From Eledone cirrhosa (Eukaryota), in the NCBI GenBank assembly GCA_964016885.1, contig OZ024749.1:8184001-8248000 (forward strand): a DNA stretch of 64,000 nucleotides. The letters run 5' to 3'. The first letter of the stretch is position 1; every line of letters begins with the position of its first letter. Under the pieces are notes generated by a model. That model was not told where the DNA came from and did no database searches. It saw nothing but the letters and a program-made list of their open reading frames with translations. Positions 26,521-40,764 of this stretch are shown here, in pieces. A program made the translations under genes and the position numbers.

Positions 26521-26790
26521 TTATTCATTTATATAATATATTGCAGTAGTGTGTTATGTATCTTACTTGTTACGTAGTAACCTCTTGAGGATAAACGTGT
26601 CCGAACGACTCAAGACACTTCACGTCAGTAGTTTATCCCGGCAGCCTAACTGCACCTATGATTGCGAAAGCAACTGACGAAGTCACATGAATAACCATGC
26701 AACAGAAATATCTATCATGCAATTATCAATCATGTGAATTAATCCCGTGTTAACTACCATTATTTGGTGTGTATATATAATGTGTGTGTG

Positions 26791-26836
<46 letters not shown>

Positions 26837-26838
<2 letters not shown>

Positions 26839-26981
26839 TTTATCCCGTGTTCAATCGGGGATAACCACAGTAAGTAAGGTACTCAATACAAAGCAGAGTA
26901 TAAATATTTAATATTGAAAAGCTTCTACGGGACTGTTTCATTCGTGAGAAATCATCAGGAAGTTGACTGTCCAAGTAATAT
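26837..26981 (-). mobile_element. Family B long arm with hammerhead motif (~26920-26962)
   Basis: Minus strand CTTC-CTGATGA-TTTCTCACGAAT-GAAA-CAGTCCCG-TA-GAAG. Confidence 0.75.
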
Positions 26982-29890
26982 CATCATCATCATCAGGTCG
27001 AGCTTGCTCGGCCTTCTACAACACGTTTCCTCCATCCATCTCTGTCTCTCATAACGTTTGCCAGTTCTTCCGCAGTGCATCCAGTATCGTCCTCAAGTTG
27101 CTTGACGTATGTCTTCTTGAGACGACCACCGTTTCTTGCTCCATGAGATGGACTCTATAACAATACATCGCCTGCTATTTCTTCCTTGCTGCGCCAACAG
27201 TGGCCAGCAAATCTGAGTCTCTGTTTATGTATTGACCTGCTGATAGGTGGTATATTGCCATAGAGATCCTTATTTGTTGGGTGTTCCCTCCAAGATACGT
27301 TTAAAGCAGCACGGAGCATACGTGTGTCTGCCCCGTTTAGCTTTTTCTCCAGTTTTGACGTTAGCGTCCAAGTGATAGAGCCATAAACAAGCACAGATTC
27401 CAGAGCAGCTTTGAAGAAATTCCTTTTCAGTTTGGCCGACAGGTTTGATTTCCATATTTTTTCCATTGCATTCAGTGCTCCCCAGGCTTTTCCCAGTCTG
27501 ATGTTAACATCATGTTCGGTGGAGGCGATATAGCTACCCAGGTATTTGAAGTCGTCAACTTGCTTGATTATATCGCCGTTTAGACTTCGCATACCAACTG
27601 AGGAGTCTTGGTTAGGGCAAATATATTCTGTTTTGCCGCAAATATATTCTGTTTTGCCAGAGTCCGATTTCCTTTGCAACTGATTCGATGCTGTGAAGTA
27701 GTGATGTTGCATCATTAAGGTAGTCAGCGAGGACCGCTAAATCAACCGCATAGTCAGCATCGGTGATTTTCTGAGCTGCATGGCGTCTACACTTTCGCTT
27801 TGTGAGAGTGAAACCAAGCTCTAAGTTTTCGTCCAGGGCTTTTCTCAATACATAGTCGAGGCAGATGATAAAAATATATGGTGTCAGAGTATCCTCTTGG
27901 AGTACTCCTGCAATGATGTCAAAGAAGTTGGTATCTCCATCAAGTGAGCGCACCATTGCACGGGTGTTTTTATATAACATCATGATGGCAATTACTGTTT
28001 CCTTTGGCAAGCCCTAGGCTAGAACTATCTCTCTCATCCTCCCACGATGGATGGAATCGAATGGTTTTGAAAAGTCAATAAACAGGAGAGTTGCTGGGAG
28101 GTTTTGGGCTTTTATGCCTTCCAAGATACGCCGAATAGTAAGTATTTGCCCTGATGTTGATCTGTTGGTGCGGACGCCATTTTGGTTTTTTCTCAACAAG
28201 GGGTCAATGACAGGTCTTATTCTGTTAAGAAACATGAGATTGTATATATTTGCGGCAATTGCCATTAATGTTATGTCACGGTAGTTTTTAGCCATTCCAA
28301 GATCGCCCTTTTTGGGAAAAGGGAGTATGCATCCCTCGGTCCATTAGTCTATGGGGGTCTTGATTATAGACACCATTACACAACTCTAATAGGATTGGGT
28401 GAAATTCAGGTACCTTCCACACTTCAGCTGGGATCTCGTCAAGTCCGCACGCTTTTCCGTTACCAACACTTTTCACTGCCTTCTGTAGTTCCTCCATAGT
28501 GAAAGGACCTTTCTGTATTTGATGTTCCTCTGTAAAAATGGGTATTATTTCTTTTTCGATGATCTGCGGTGCTTTGCCAAGTAGGTTCTGAAAATGTTGT
28601 TGCCACAGTTTTAAATGTTCGGGTTGGCTGGAGGCTTTCAGTTTGGCTCTGTCACTACTTTTTCTGCCACTAATTTCATTGGCAGTTTTCCAGGCTTCAG
28701 CAGACTTCTTATTGCTGACAGTACTTGAGATATGATTGATCTTTTTCTGCATGTATTCGGCTTGCTCAATTTCTTACTCACTTTTCAGTGCTGCTTGTAC
28801 AGCACTGAAGTTACTAATGTTTTCTGGAGATCGTTGAGTGTCTTTCAATTCTGCAGCTTTTGCAACTCTTTGCGCTTTTAGCGTATCCTCTCTGTTTCCC
28901 AGGGTTTTCGTTTTTTAACCTTGGGTTTTAAAAGGATGGTGTCGGCCGCTGTCTCTTTGAATGCCATTTGAAAGTAGTTAAATGTAGAATTTGACGATTT
29001 TGTTGGCGCAGAGTCTTGTAGGGCAGCAAATCGGTTGCTCAGTTAGGTTACAAAGGTTTTGTAAGTCTCAGGATTGTTATTCAGAACTGCCCAGTTGCAG
29101 ATTTCTTTTTATCCACTCGGAGACTTAATCGTATCTTAGCCGAGACAATGCGATGATCCGAGTCAACACTAACAAACGAGTCATATGCTCTGCAATCTTT
29201 TGCACTGTTCTTCCATTTTCGATTTATTATCATATAATACAGTTGTGTCTTGTCGCCATTTGGAGATGTGTGTGTCCACCGCTGGCCTGGTCGTTTTTTG
29301 GCATATGGCATTGAGACATTGTAAATTGTTCTCACACAAGTAATCTTTTAGCATACAACCGTTTCTATTGGTTTGTGAGTGGTATGAGAATTTGAATCCA
29401 TCAAGCTGTCCAAGACACGCGTTGAAGTCTCCGCCAATGATGAGAACATTATGTTTCGGGATTTGTCTAGTGAGTGATGTTAGTTCCATGTAGAACCTCT
29501 CTACTTCGGCCATGTCACATACATTTGTGGGACTATAGCAAGAGATTACAGTTGTTTTAGGATTCCCGTTAAACGTAGCTATCATTATCCTGGATGTTAT
29601 CATTTCAACACACGCAAGTGCATCATAGGCTCGCGGACTGAAAAGCATTCCAACTCCACCATTTGCTGCATTCGTGTTGTTTTTCCAAGCTGTGCAGGTG
29701 ATCAGCCTCCAATTGCCAAATATTTGCTCCTTTGTTACAAGCTCTTCATGTATGAACCGGTGCTCCTGAAGACAGATAACATCATGGTTGGTCGCCCCTG
29801 CTGAAGCAATCAGTTCAGGGATTTTATGGTCTTTCTGGAGTGTTTGGACATTGAGTGTACCAGCAAAGATGTCTTTCTTTCCGTGTACAA
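26982..29890 (-). mobile_element. Second RTE-clade LINE, frameshifted APE-RT pseudogene
   Basis: GTLNVQTL, ICLQEHR, SCYSPTN, GGDFNA, SDHRIV, NYRDITL, FIDFSKPFDSIHR, GVLQEDTL, DADYAVD (YADD mutated), FKYLGS, LRFAGHCWR; (GAT)n tail; 21-bp duplication at ~27617-27658. Confidence 0.93.
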
Positions 29891-29899
29891 GTCGGGTTG

Positions 29900-30080
29900 G
29901 TTGTTTTCTCCGTGTATGTTTCCCAGTATCTAGTATTTAACCTCCACCCATCCCAAACACCACCCTCTCCTACCACCAGAAAAGATATAAATACCACCAT
30001 ATTACTTGGACAGTCAGTTGCCTGACGATTTCTCACGAATGAAACAGCTCTAGTCCTGTAGAAGCTTTTCTATATTAAAT
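29900..30080 (+). mobile_element. Family B short arm with hammerhead core (CTGACGA at 30022)
   Basis: 29999-30080 is an inverted homolog of 26905-26981 and ends in (TA)n; the 5' boundary is uncertain. Confidence 0.7.
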
Positions 30081-30487
30081 ATATATATATATACAGTCAG
30101 CCAAACGCGAACACACACCAAACACTACACACACACGCAAACGCATGCACGGAGAAGACAAAAAATAAATAAATAAACAAACAGATAAAATAAAGATGGC
30201 GTAGGTACACAATACAATAGGAGAAACATAATAGCACCACTGACGATGTTGCAGATGTGCAACGAAAGAACTTTGTTAGACCATATATATGTGTTTGTGT
30301 CTATATTATATCTGTATTTGTTACCGTTGGTCAGTCAATGGTAACATTGAGGACCGAATGAATTAACTGATATAAAAGATACAGAAGCGAAAATCAACTA
30401 AACAGTGAGTGTGTTCTCTTATTAATTCTGGCAATATTATTACAACAACAACCCTCCCCAAGTATAACAATATTTATATATATATAT

Positions 30488-30682
30488 ATAGGAACGAGTA
30501 GGACCCCGACGGTTGAGCTCAAGCCGTTTCGACGGCTAATTCAGTCCAGAATTAGCCGTCGAAACGGCTTGAGCTCAGCCGTCGGGGTCCTACTCGTTCC
30601 TATTACCCACTCTACTACCCTAAGTATTGAGTACTTTGGTGAGTTATGGTCCACCTGGTTCCTTACCACATTTCCTTCGTTA
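30488..30682 (+). mobile_element. Family A foldback element in (TA)n
   Basis: Arms ~30488-30542 / 30549-30603 plus the family A tail. Confidence 0.85.
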
Positions 30683-30728
30683 TATATATATATATTATTT
30701 CTACCCACCGAAATACGATTCTCGCTGA

Positions 30729-30771
<43 letters not shown>

Positions 30772-31374
30772 TAGATATACATACATATATATACATATAT
30801 AAGTATGTGTATTTCGTATATTTAGCGATATACGGTATGTCTATGAATACACATTTGAAAGCCTTCAGATATTAATTTTTGAAGCTAATGGCGTCGTACA
30901 ACCATCTAGCAGATTTCAACAGAAGCAAGGGTGGGTAACTGTGGACGATCTTTGTTTCTGACCCTGGTATTAATCAAGAGACTGCTCTCTTACCCCACTC
31001 TGTGTTGGAACTTAATATAGGCGAAAACATAAAATTTTGAGACATATGTAGATGCGCGTATTAGCCTCATTTGCGAATGAAACTGTCGGCCGGCTCGGTC
31101 TGAAAATAGAATTAAGGTGTTCACTCCGACATAGGTACATAGCTGTATACATATAAGTATGAGTATTTTACATATCTAGCGATATACGATATATTTATGA
31201 ATAAATATTTGGAAGACTTCAACTACGAATTTTGGAAACTGATGTCTTAATTCTATGAAAGGCTTGAAACCGGAATATATTTGTGAATTAATTTGGCAGA
31301 ATTGGATCTCAGCGCAATATATAACTGGTAGAAATACCGTATAACGTTGTAAAAATGCTGCAAATTTGCCGCCT

Positions 31375-32290
31375 TACACACACTCACACATACACACACA
31401 CAAACACACATACAAACACAAACACATATACACTCACACACATACACACACAAACACATACACACATTCACACATATACACACACAAACACACATACTCT
31501 CACACACAAACACACATACACTCACATATACACATACAAACACACATACACACACATAAACACATACACTCACACACATACACACACACGCACACATGCA
31601 CACACAAACGCACATACACTCAGCATAAAACACACATACACACACAAACACACATACACACATGAACCCACATACACACTTACACACATGCACTCGACAT
31701 CGAAGACATACACACACAAACACAGATACACACACTCACAGACATACACACACAAACACACATACACTCGGCATCAAACACACACATGCAACTGCATATA
31801 TACACACATATGCACACTCACACATAAACACACGTGTTTAAACACACACAAACCCACACATGCACTCAAACAGCTACAATCACATACACATATTCACACA
31901 CATACATAAACACAAACAGCCACTCACACGTACAAACACACACACCCACACATAGAAACACACCCACACCTGCACATAGAAACACACACACACACACACA
32001 CCCACACATAGAAACACACACACACACACACACGTAGACAAACACACACACGTAGACACACACACACACACGTAGACACACACACACGTAGACAAACACA
32101 CACGTAGACACACACACACACGTAGACACACACTCACACGTAGACACACACACACACGTAGACACACACACACACGTAGACACACACCCAGACACACACA
32201 CCCACACACACGTAGACACACACGCACACACGTATACACACACGTAGACACACACACCTAGACACATACACACGTAGACACACACACACA
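31375..32290. repeat. (CA)n-rich tract ending in a CACGTAGACACACA minisatellite
   Basis: Direct reading. Confidence 0.9.
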
Positions 32291-32422
32291 TGTATATTAA
32301 AGATATGCAGATTAAACATATATAGATGTAAGCAAATGTCGTCTGCTGAAAAAAGCGGTTCATTTTAAATCAGGTTTTCAATTATCAATACATACAGTTT
32401 AATGTGATACAAATATATGTAC

Positions 32423-32476
<54 letters not shown>

Positions 32477-32673
32477 ATGTGTGTGTGTGTTTATGTATGT
32501 ATATATACAAATACATAAACATATATATCAATACGTACATATATATACGTACATATATACGTATATATACATACATATATATATTCACATAAATATATTA
32601 TATATGTATATACATTATATATATATATATATATATTATATGTATACACACACACACATACATACATACATAT

Positions 32674-32723
<50 letters not shown>

Positions 32724-32848
32724 AAAAGAAAGAAATGAAATTTCATTTCTCACTCTTAGTTAGTAAATACTTATATGTAAATATGTATACAGACGTACAG
32801 TAGTATGTATATATATATATAAATGTATATATATATATATACCCATAC

Positions 32849-32907
<59 letters not shown>

Positions 32908-32973
32908 CTACTGTACGTCTGTATACATATATGTATGTACGTATACATACTTACACAAACATATATATATATA

Positions 32974-33035
<62 letters not shown>

Positions 33036-33286
33036 TATATATATGGTTGTGTAGAATCTCTACGATATTCAACATGGTAAACACAACGATAATTAAGGTT
33101 TGGCCAGTCACCAGTATGCCGTGATGGCCACTTCTAATGATATTTTAGTTCCATTTCATTGAATAACATTTGGCAGCGTTTTGAAGTGAGTGTTTGATTC
33201 CTAACTGGAATTCGTCTCTTTCAGCATCGCAGATCATGTCTCATCGATCACAGACTTTCGGTGTTTTGCAATAATATGCATATTCC

Positions 33287-34200
<914 letters not shown>

Positions 34201-34313
34201 ATACAGAGAGAGAGAGATTGACAGAGAGAGAGAGAGATAGAGAGACAGAGAGACAGTGATAATAGACATAGAGAGAGAGAGAGAGAGAGAGAGCGAAAGA
34301 GAGAGAGAGAGAG

Positions 34314-34350
<37 letters not shown>

Positions 34351-34719
34351 AGACAGACAGAGCGAAAGAGAGACTGAGAGAGACAGAGAGAGTGAGAAAG
34401 AGAGATAGAGAGAGAGAGACAGAGAGACAGTGATAATAGAGAGAGAGAGAAAAAAGAGTGACAGAGCGAAAGAGAGATTGATAGAGAGACAGAGAGAGAG
34501 AAAGAGAGAGAGATAGATAGAGAGAAACAGAGACATAGATGGAGAGACAGAGAGAGAGACAGTGTGTGTGTGTGTGTGTGTAATATATGTGTGTGTGTGT
34601 ATACATGTGTATGTGTGTGTATATATAAACATATATATTATATAACACCCTGTATACATACGTTAGTAACAAATAATTGCGTTCGGCTTTTGATCAAAAG
34701 AAAAGGATAGATACTCGCT

Positions 34720-35480
34720 AACACATTATATACACATTATATACATTATATACACACCACATACATTATATACACATTATATACATTATATACACACCAC
34801 ATACATTATATACACATTATATAAATTATATACACACCACATACATTATATACATATTATATACATTATATACATTATATACACATTATAAACACATTAT
34901 ATACATTATATACACAGTGCATACATTATATACACATTATATACACATTATATACATTATATACACACCACATACATTGTATACACATTATATACACATT
35001 ATATACATTATATACACACCACATACATTATATATATATTATATACACATTATATACATTATATACACAGCGCATACATTATATACACATTATAAACATA
35101 TTATATACATTATTTACACACCACATACATTATATACACATTATATACACATTATATACATTATATACACACCACATACATTATATACACATGATATACA
35201 TTATATACACACCACATACATTATATACACATTATATACATTATATACATTATATACACATTATAAACACATTATATACATTATATACATACTACATACA
35301 TTATATACACATTATATACACATTATATACACATTATATACACATTATATACATAATATACACACCACATACATTTTATACACATTATATACACATTATA
35401 TACATTATATACACATTATAAACACATTATATACATTATATACACACCACATACATTATATACACATTATATACACAGTA
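34720..35480. repeat. ACATTATAT(AC) 9/11-bp-based minisatellite
   Basis: Direct reading. Confidence 0.9.
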
Positions 35481-35493
35481 TGGTGGATTGGCA

Positions 35494-38400
35494 ATATATG
35501 TGACTGTCTATATATGTGACTGTGTATATATGTGACTGTGTATATATGTGACTGTGTTTATATGTGACTGTATATATATGTGACTGTATATATGTGAGTG
35601 TGTATATATGTGGCTGTCTATATATGTGACTGTGTATATATGTCACTGTATATATATGTGACTGTGTATATATGTGACTGTGTATATATGTGACTGTGTA
35701 TATATGTGACTGTCTATATATGTGACTGTCTATATGTGACTGTATATATATATGTGACTGTGTATATATGTGACTGTCTATATATGTGACTGTCTATATA
35801 TGTGACTGTGTATACATGTGACTGTATATATATGTGACTGTGTATATATGTGACTGTATATATGTGAGTGTGTATATATGTGACTGTATATATATGACTG
35901 TGTATATATGTGACTGTATATATGTGATTGTCTATATATGTGACTGTCTATATATGTGACTGTATATATATATGTGACTGTGTATATATGTGACTGTATA
36001 TATATGTGACTGTATATATATGTGACTGTGTATATATGTGACTGTGTATATATGTGACTGTCTATATATGTGACTGTATATATATGTGACTGTCTATATA
36101 TGTAACTGTGTATACATGCGACTGTGTATATATGTGACTGTGTATATATGTGACTGTGTATATATGTGACTATCTATATATGTGACTTTATATATATGTG
36201 ACTGTCTGTATATGTGACTATGTATATATGTGACTGTGTATATGTGTGACTGTGTATATATGTGACTGTATATATGTGAGTGTGTATATATGTGACTGTC
36301 TATATATGTGACTGTATATATGTGACTGTGTATATATGTGACTGTGTATAAATGTGACTGTATATATATGTGACTGTGTCTATATGTGACTGTATATAAG
36401 TGACTGTGTATATATGTGACTGTATATATGTGACTGTATATATGTGACTGTGTATATATGTGACTGTCTATATATGTGACTGTATATATATGTGACTGTC
36501 TATATATGTGACTGTGTATATATGTGACTGTATATATGTGACTGTCTATATATGTGACTGTATATATGTGACTGTGTATATATGTGACTGTGTATATATG
36601 TAACTGTGTCTATATATGTGACTGTCTATATATGTGACTGTCTATATATGTGACTGTGTATATATGTGAGTGTGTATATATGTGACTGTCTATATATGTG
36701 ACTGTCTATATATGTGACTGTGTATATATGTGACTGTGTATATATGTGACTGTATATATATGTGACTGTCTATATATATGTCACTGTGTATATATGTGAC
36801 TGTATATATGTGACTGTGTATACATGTGACTCTCTATATATGTGACTGTGTATATATGTGACTGTCTATATATGTGACTGTATATATATGTGACTGTCTA
36901 TATATATGTCACTGTGTATATATGTGACTGTATATATGTGACTGTGTATACATGTGACTCTCTATATATGTGACTGTGTATATATGTGACTGTCTATATA
37001 TGTGACTGTATATATATGTGACTGTATACATGTGACTGTGTATATATGTGACTGTGTATATATGTGACTGTGTATATATGTGACTGTGTATATATGTGAC
37101 TGTGTATATATGTGACTGTCTATATATGTGACTGTATATATATGTGACTGTATACATGTGACTGTGTATATATGTGACTGTGTATATATGTGACTGTGTA
37201 TATATGTGACTGTGTATATATGTGACTGTCTATATATGTGACTGTATATATATGTGACTGTATACATGTGACTGTGTATATATGTGACTGTGTATATATG
37301 TGACTGTGTATATATGTGACTGTGTATATATGTGACTGTCTATATATGTGACTGTATATATATGTGACTGTATACATGTGACTGTGTATATATGTGACTG
37401 TGTATATATGTGACTGTGTATATATGTGCCTGTGTATATATATGTGACTGTCTATATATGTGACTGTGTATATATGTGACTGTGTATATATGTGACTGTG
37501 TATATATGTGACTGTGTATATAGTGACTGTATACATGTGACTGTGTATATATGTGACTGTGTATATATGTGACTTTGTATATATGTGACTGTGTATATAT
37601 GTGACTGTCTATATATGTGACTGTGTATATATATGTGACTGTGTATATATGTGACTGTGTTTATATGTGACTGTCTATATATGTGACTGTCTATATATGT
37701 GACTGTGTATATATGTGACTGTGTATATATGTGACTGTATATATATGTGACTGTCTATATATATATGTCACTGTGTATATATGTGACTGTATATATGTGA
37801 CTGTGTATATATGTGACTGTGTATACATGTGACTCTCTATATATGTAACTTTGTATATATGTGACTGTCTATATATGTGACTGTATATATATGTGACTGT
37901 ATACATGTGACTGTGTATATATGTGACTGTGTATATATGTGACTGTGTATATATGTGACTGTGTATATATGTGACTGTGTATATATGTGACTGTGTATAT
38001 ATGTGACTGTCTATATATGTGACTGTATATATATGTGACTGTATACATGTGACTGTGTATATATGTGACTGTGTATATATGTGACTGTGTATATATATGT
38101 GACTGTCTATATATATGTCACTGTGTATATATGTGACTGTATATATGTGACTGTGTATACATGTGACTCTCTATATATGTGACTGTGTATATATGTGACT
38201 GTCTATATATGTGACTGTATATATATGTGACTGTCTATATATGTGACTGTGTATATATATGTGACTGTGTATATATGTGACTGTGTATATATATGTGACT
38301 GTCTATATATGTGACTGTGTATATATGTGACTGTGTATATATGTGACTGTGTATATAGTGACTGTATACATGTGACTGTGTATATATGTGACTGTGTATA

Positions 38401-38965
38401 TATGTGACTGTGTATATATGTGACTGTGTATATATGTGACTGTCTATATATGTGACTGTGTATATATATGTGACTGTGTATATATGTGACTGTGTATATA
38501 TATGCGACTGTCTATATATGTGACTGTGTCTATATGTGACTGTGTATATATGTGACTGTGTATATATGTGACTGTCTATATATGTGACTGTATATATATG
38601 TGACTGTGTATACATGTGACTGTATATATTTGTGAATGTGTATATATGTGATTGTGTATATATGTGACTGTATATATATGTGACTGTGTATATATCTGAC
38701 TGTCTATATATGTGACTGTCTATATATGTGACTGTGTATATATGTGACTGTGTATATATGTGACTGTATATATATGTGACTGTCTATATATATGTCACTG
38801 TGTATATATGTGACTGTATATATGTGACTGTGTATATATGTGACTGTGTATACATGTGACTCTCTATATATGTGACTGTGTATATATGTGACTGTCTATA
38901 TATGTGACTGTCTATATATGTGACTGTGTATATATGTGACTGTATATATATGTGACTGTGTATAT
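35494..38965. repeat. ~14-bp minisatellite (TATATATGTGACTG[TG/TC/TA]), roughly 250 copies
   Basis: Constant GTGACTGT core with TA-slippage length variants of 12-16 bp. Confidence 0.95.
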
Positions 38966-39208
38966 GTGTATGTGTGTATATGTGTATATGGTCCATGTGT
39001 CTGTGTGTCTTTCAGTATATATATAGTACGTTGTGTTAATATTTAACATGTCTTTATATTTTCGACCATTTTCTAGATTGCTTTATGTGTATATTATTAT
39101 TATTATTATTTATATCATTATTTATATAGTAAAGTTTATTCATGTTCCCATATTTTGATAGTTCAGAAGTATATGAGAGTGTATTTTTTTTGTGTGTGTA
39201 CGTGTATA

Positions 39209-39286
<78 letters not shown>

Positions 39287-39297
39287 TATATATAAAT

Positions 39298-39332
<35 letters not shown>

Positions 39333-39760
39333 AATATATACATATATAAATATATACATATATAAATATATACATATATAAATATATACATATATAAATA
39401 TATATATATATAAATATATATATATATAAATAAATATATATATATATATATATATAAATATATATATATATAAATATATAATATAATATATATATGTTGA
39501 TTTAAAACTGCACTATCCACAAGTGTTTTTAACCTTCATATCATGTCCTCCTATTTTATCTGATGAAAACACAAATGTTATTGCCTGATGATATTTGTTT
39601 TTGAAATGCGCATAATAAAATACATGGAACTCATTTAACCATCTTTTGATCTTATATATTATGTATACTCCAGTCCTACAAACTGTAGAGTGCTTCTTAT
39701 CCGATATCTGCATTGCTTTATTGTACTACAATAAAACTCCCCCTCTACATATATAAATAT

Positions 39761-39876
<116 letters not shown>

Positions 39877-39919
39877 AAAGAAATCAAAGAACGCTTACAT
39901 ACTCAAAAAGTTTTTATTT

Positions 39920-39964
39920 GCTGACAATGTTTCATCCATACCGTTGGGCAGGAAACATCAGAGC
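39920..39964 (-). ncRNA. Hammerhead-like motif with one core substitution
   Basis: Minus strand GCT-CTGATGT-T.TCC...GGA.T-GAAAC-ATT-GTC-AGC followed by AATAAA; sits in a short insert between (TA)n runs. Confidence 0.6.
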
Positions 39965-40007
39965 TTAATAAACAAAAACAGTGCTGAGTATATATATATA
40001 TATATAT

Positions 40008-40369
40008 AAACAAAAGGGATATTCAATTTGTTGGTAATTCAACAAATATAAATGTTTATAACTGATTCAGAGCACTCGACATGATTTCTGGAGTATCATA
40101 TTCAATATTTAATAAATGGAAACTATATTTATAAAACCTTATTTATTCTATTATATACATTTCAAGGGTACCAACACTTTGGTACGCTTTCATCAGATAA
40201 ATTACAAAGTTTGTTTTATAAAGTATCGAAGAAAAACTTGAACCGTTAAGGTATCTTTTCTTGGTTATGTCAACATTTTTAAAACACACTTCGTATTTTG
40301 GTACCCTTGAAATATATATATAATAGAATAAATATGGTTTTATAGATATAGTTTCCATTTATTAAATAT
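40008..40369 (-). mobile_element. Family C foldback element with hammerhead (~40149-40200)
   Basis: Arms ~40106-40174 / 40298-40369. Minus strand TTAT-CTGATGA-AAG.GTACCAA-AGTG-TTGGTAC.CTT-GAAA-TGTATA-TA-ATAG. Confidence 0.8.
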
Positions 40370-40764
40370 CATTGTGTATATATATACACATACACACACT
40401 ACACACACACATTTACACATACATATATTTAACGTGTGTATACATTTTGCTGTGTGAAGTGTGTATATGCGTGTTTTGTTTCAGTATATATTATATATTG
40501 ATATTTTACTGGTCTGATCCATAATAGGCATTTGACGAAAAGGTAAATAAATGGATGAAATATAGGACGAAAATGCAAATGGCGGATATGGTGTCATGTT
40601 GAAGTAAATGAATATAAATGACATGCCTGCAATTAATTCCCCTTCAATGTATTCTGTTGATCAGACACGATGTTTAATGATAAGTGGCAAAAAATGTCAG
40701 CAGAACACCCAAGAATTATTACCTTTACAAATAAGAAAGACTCCCATGATGTAGGTTTCTTTTC

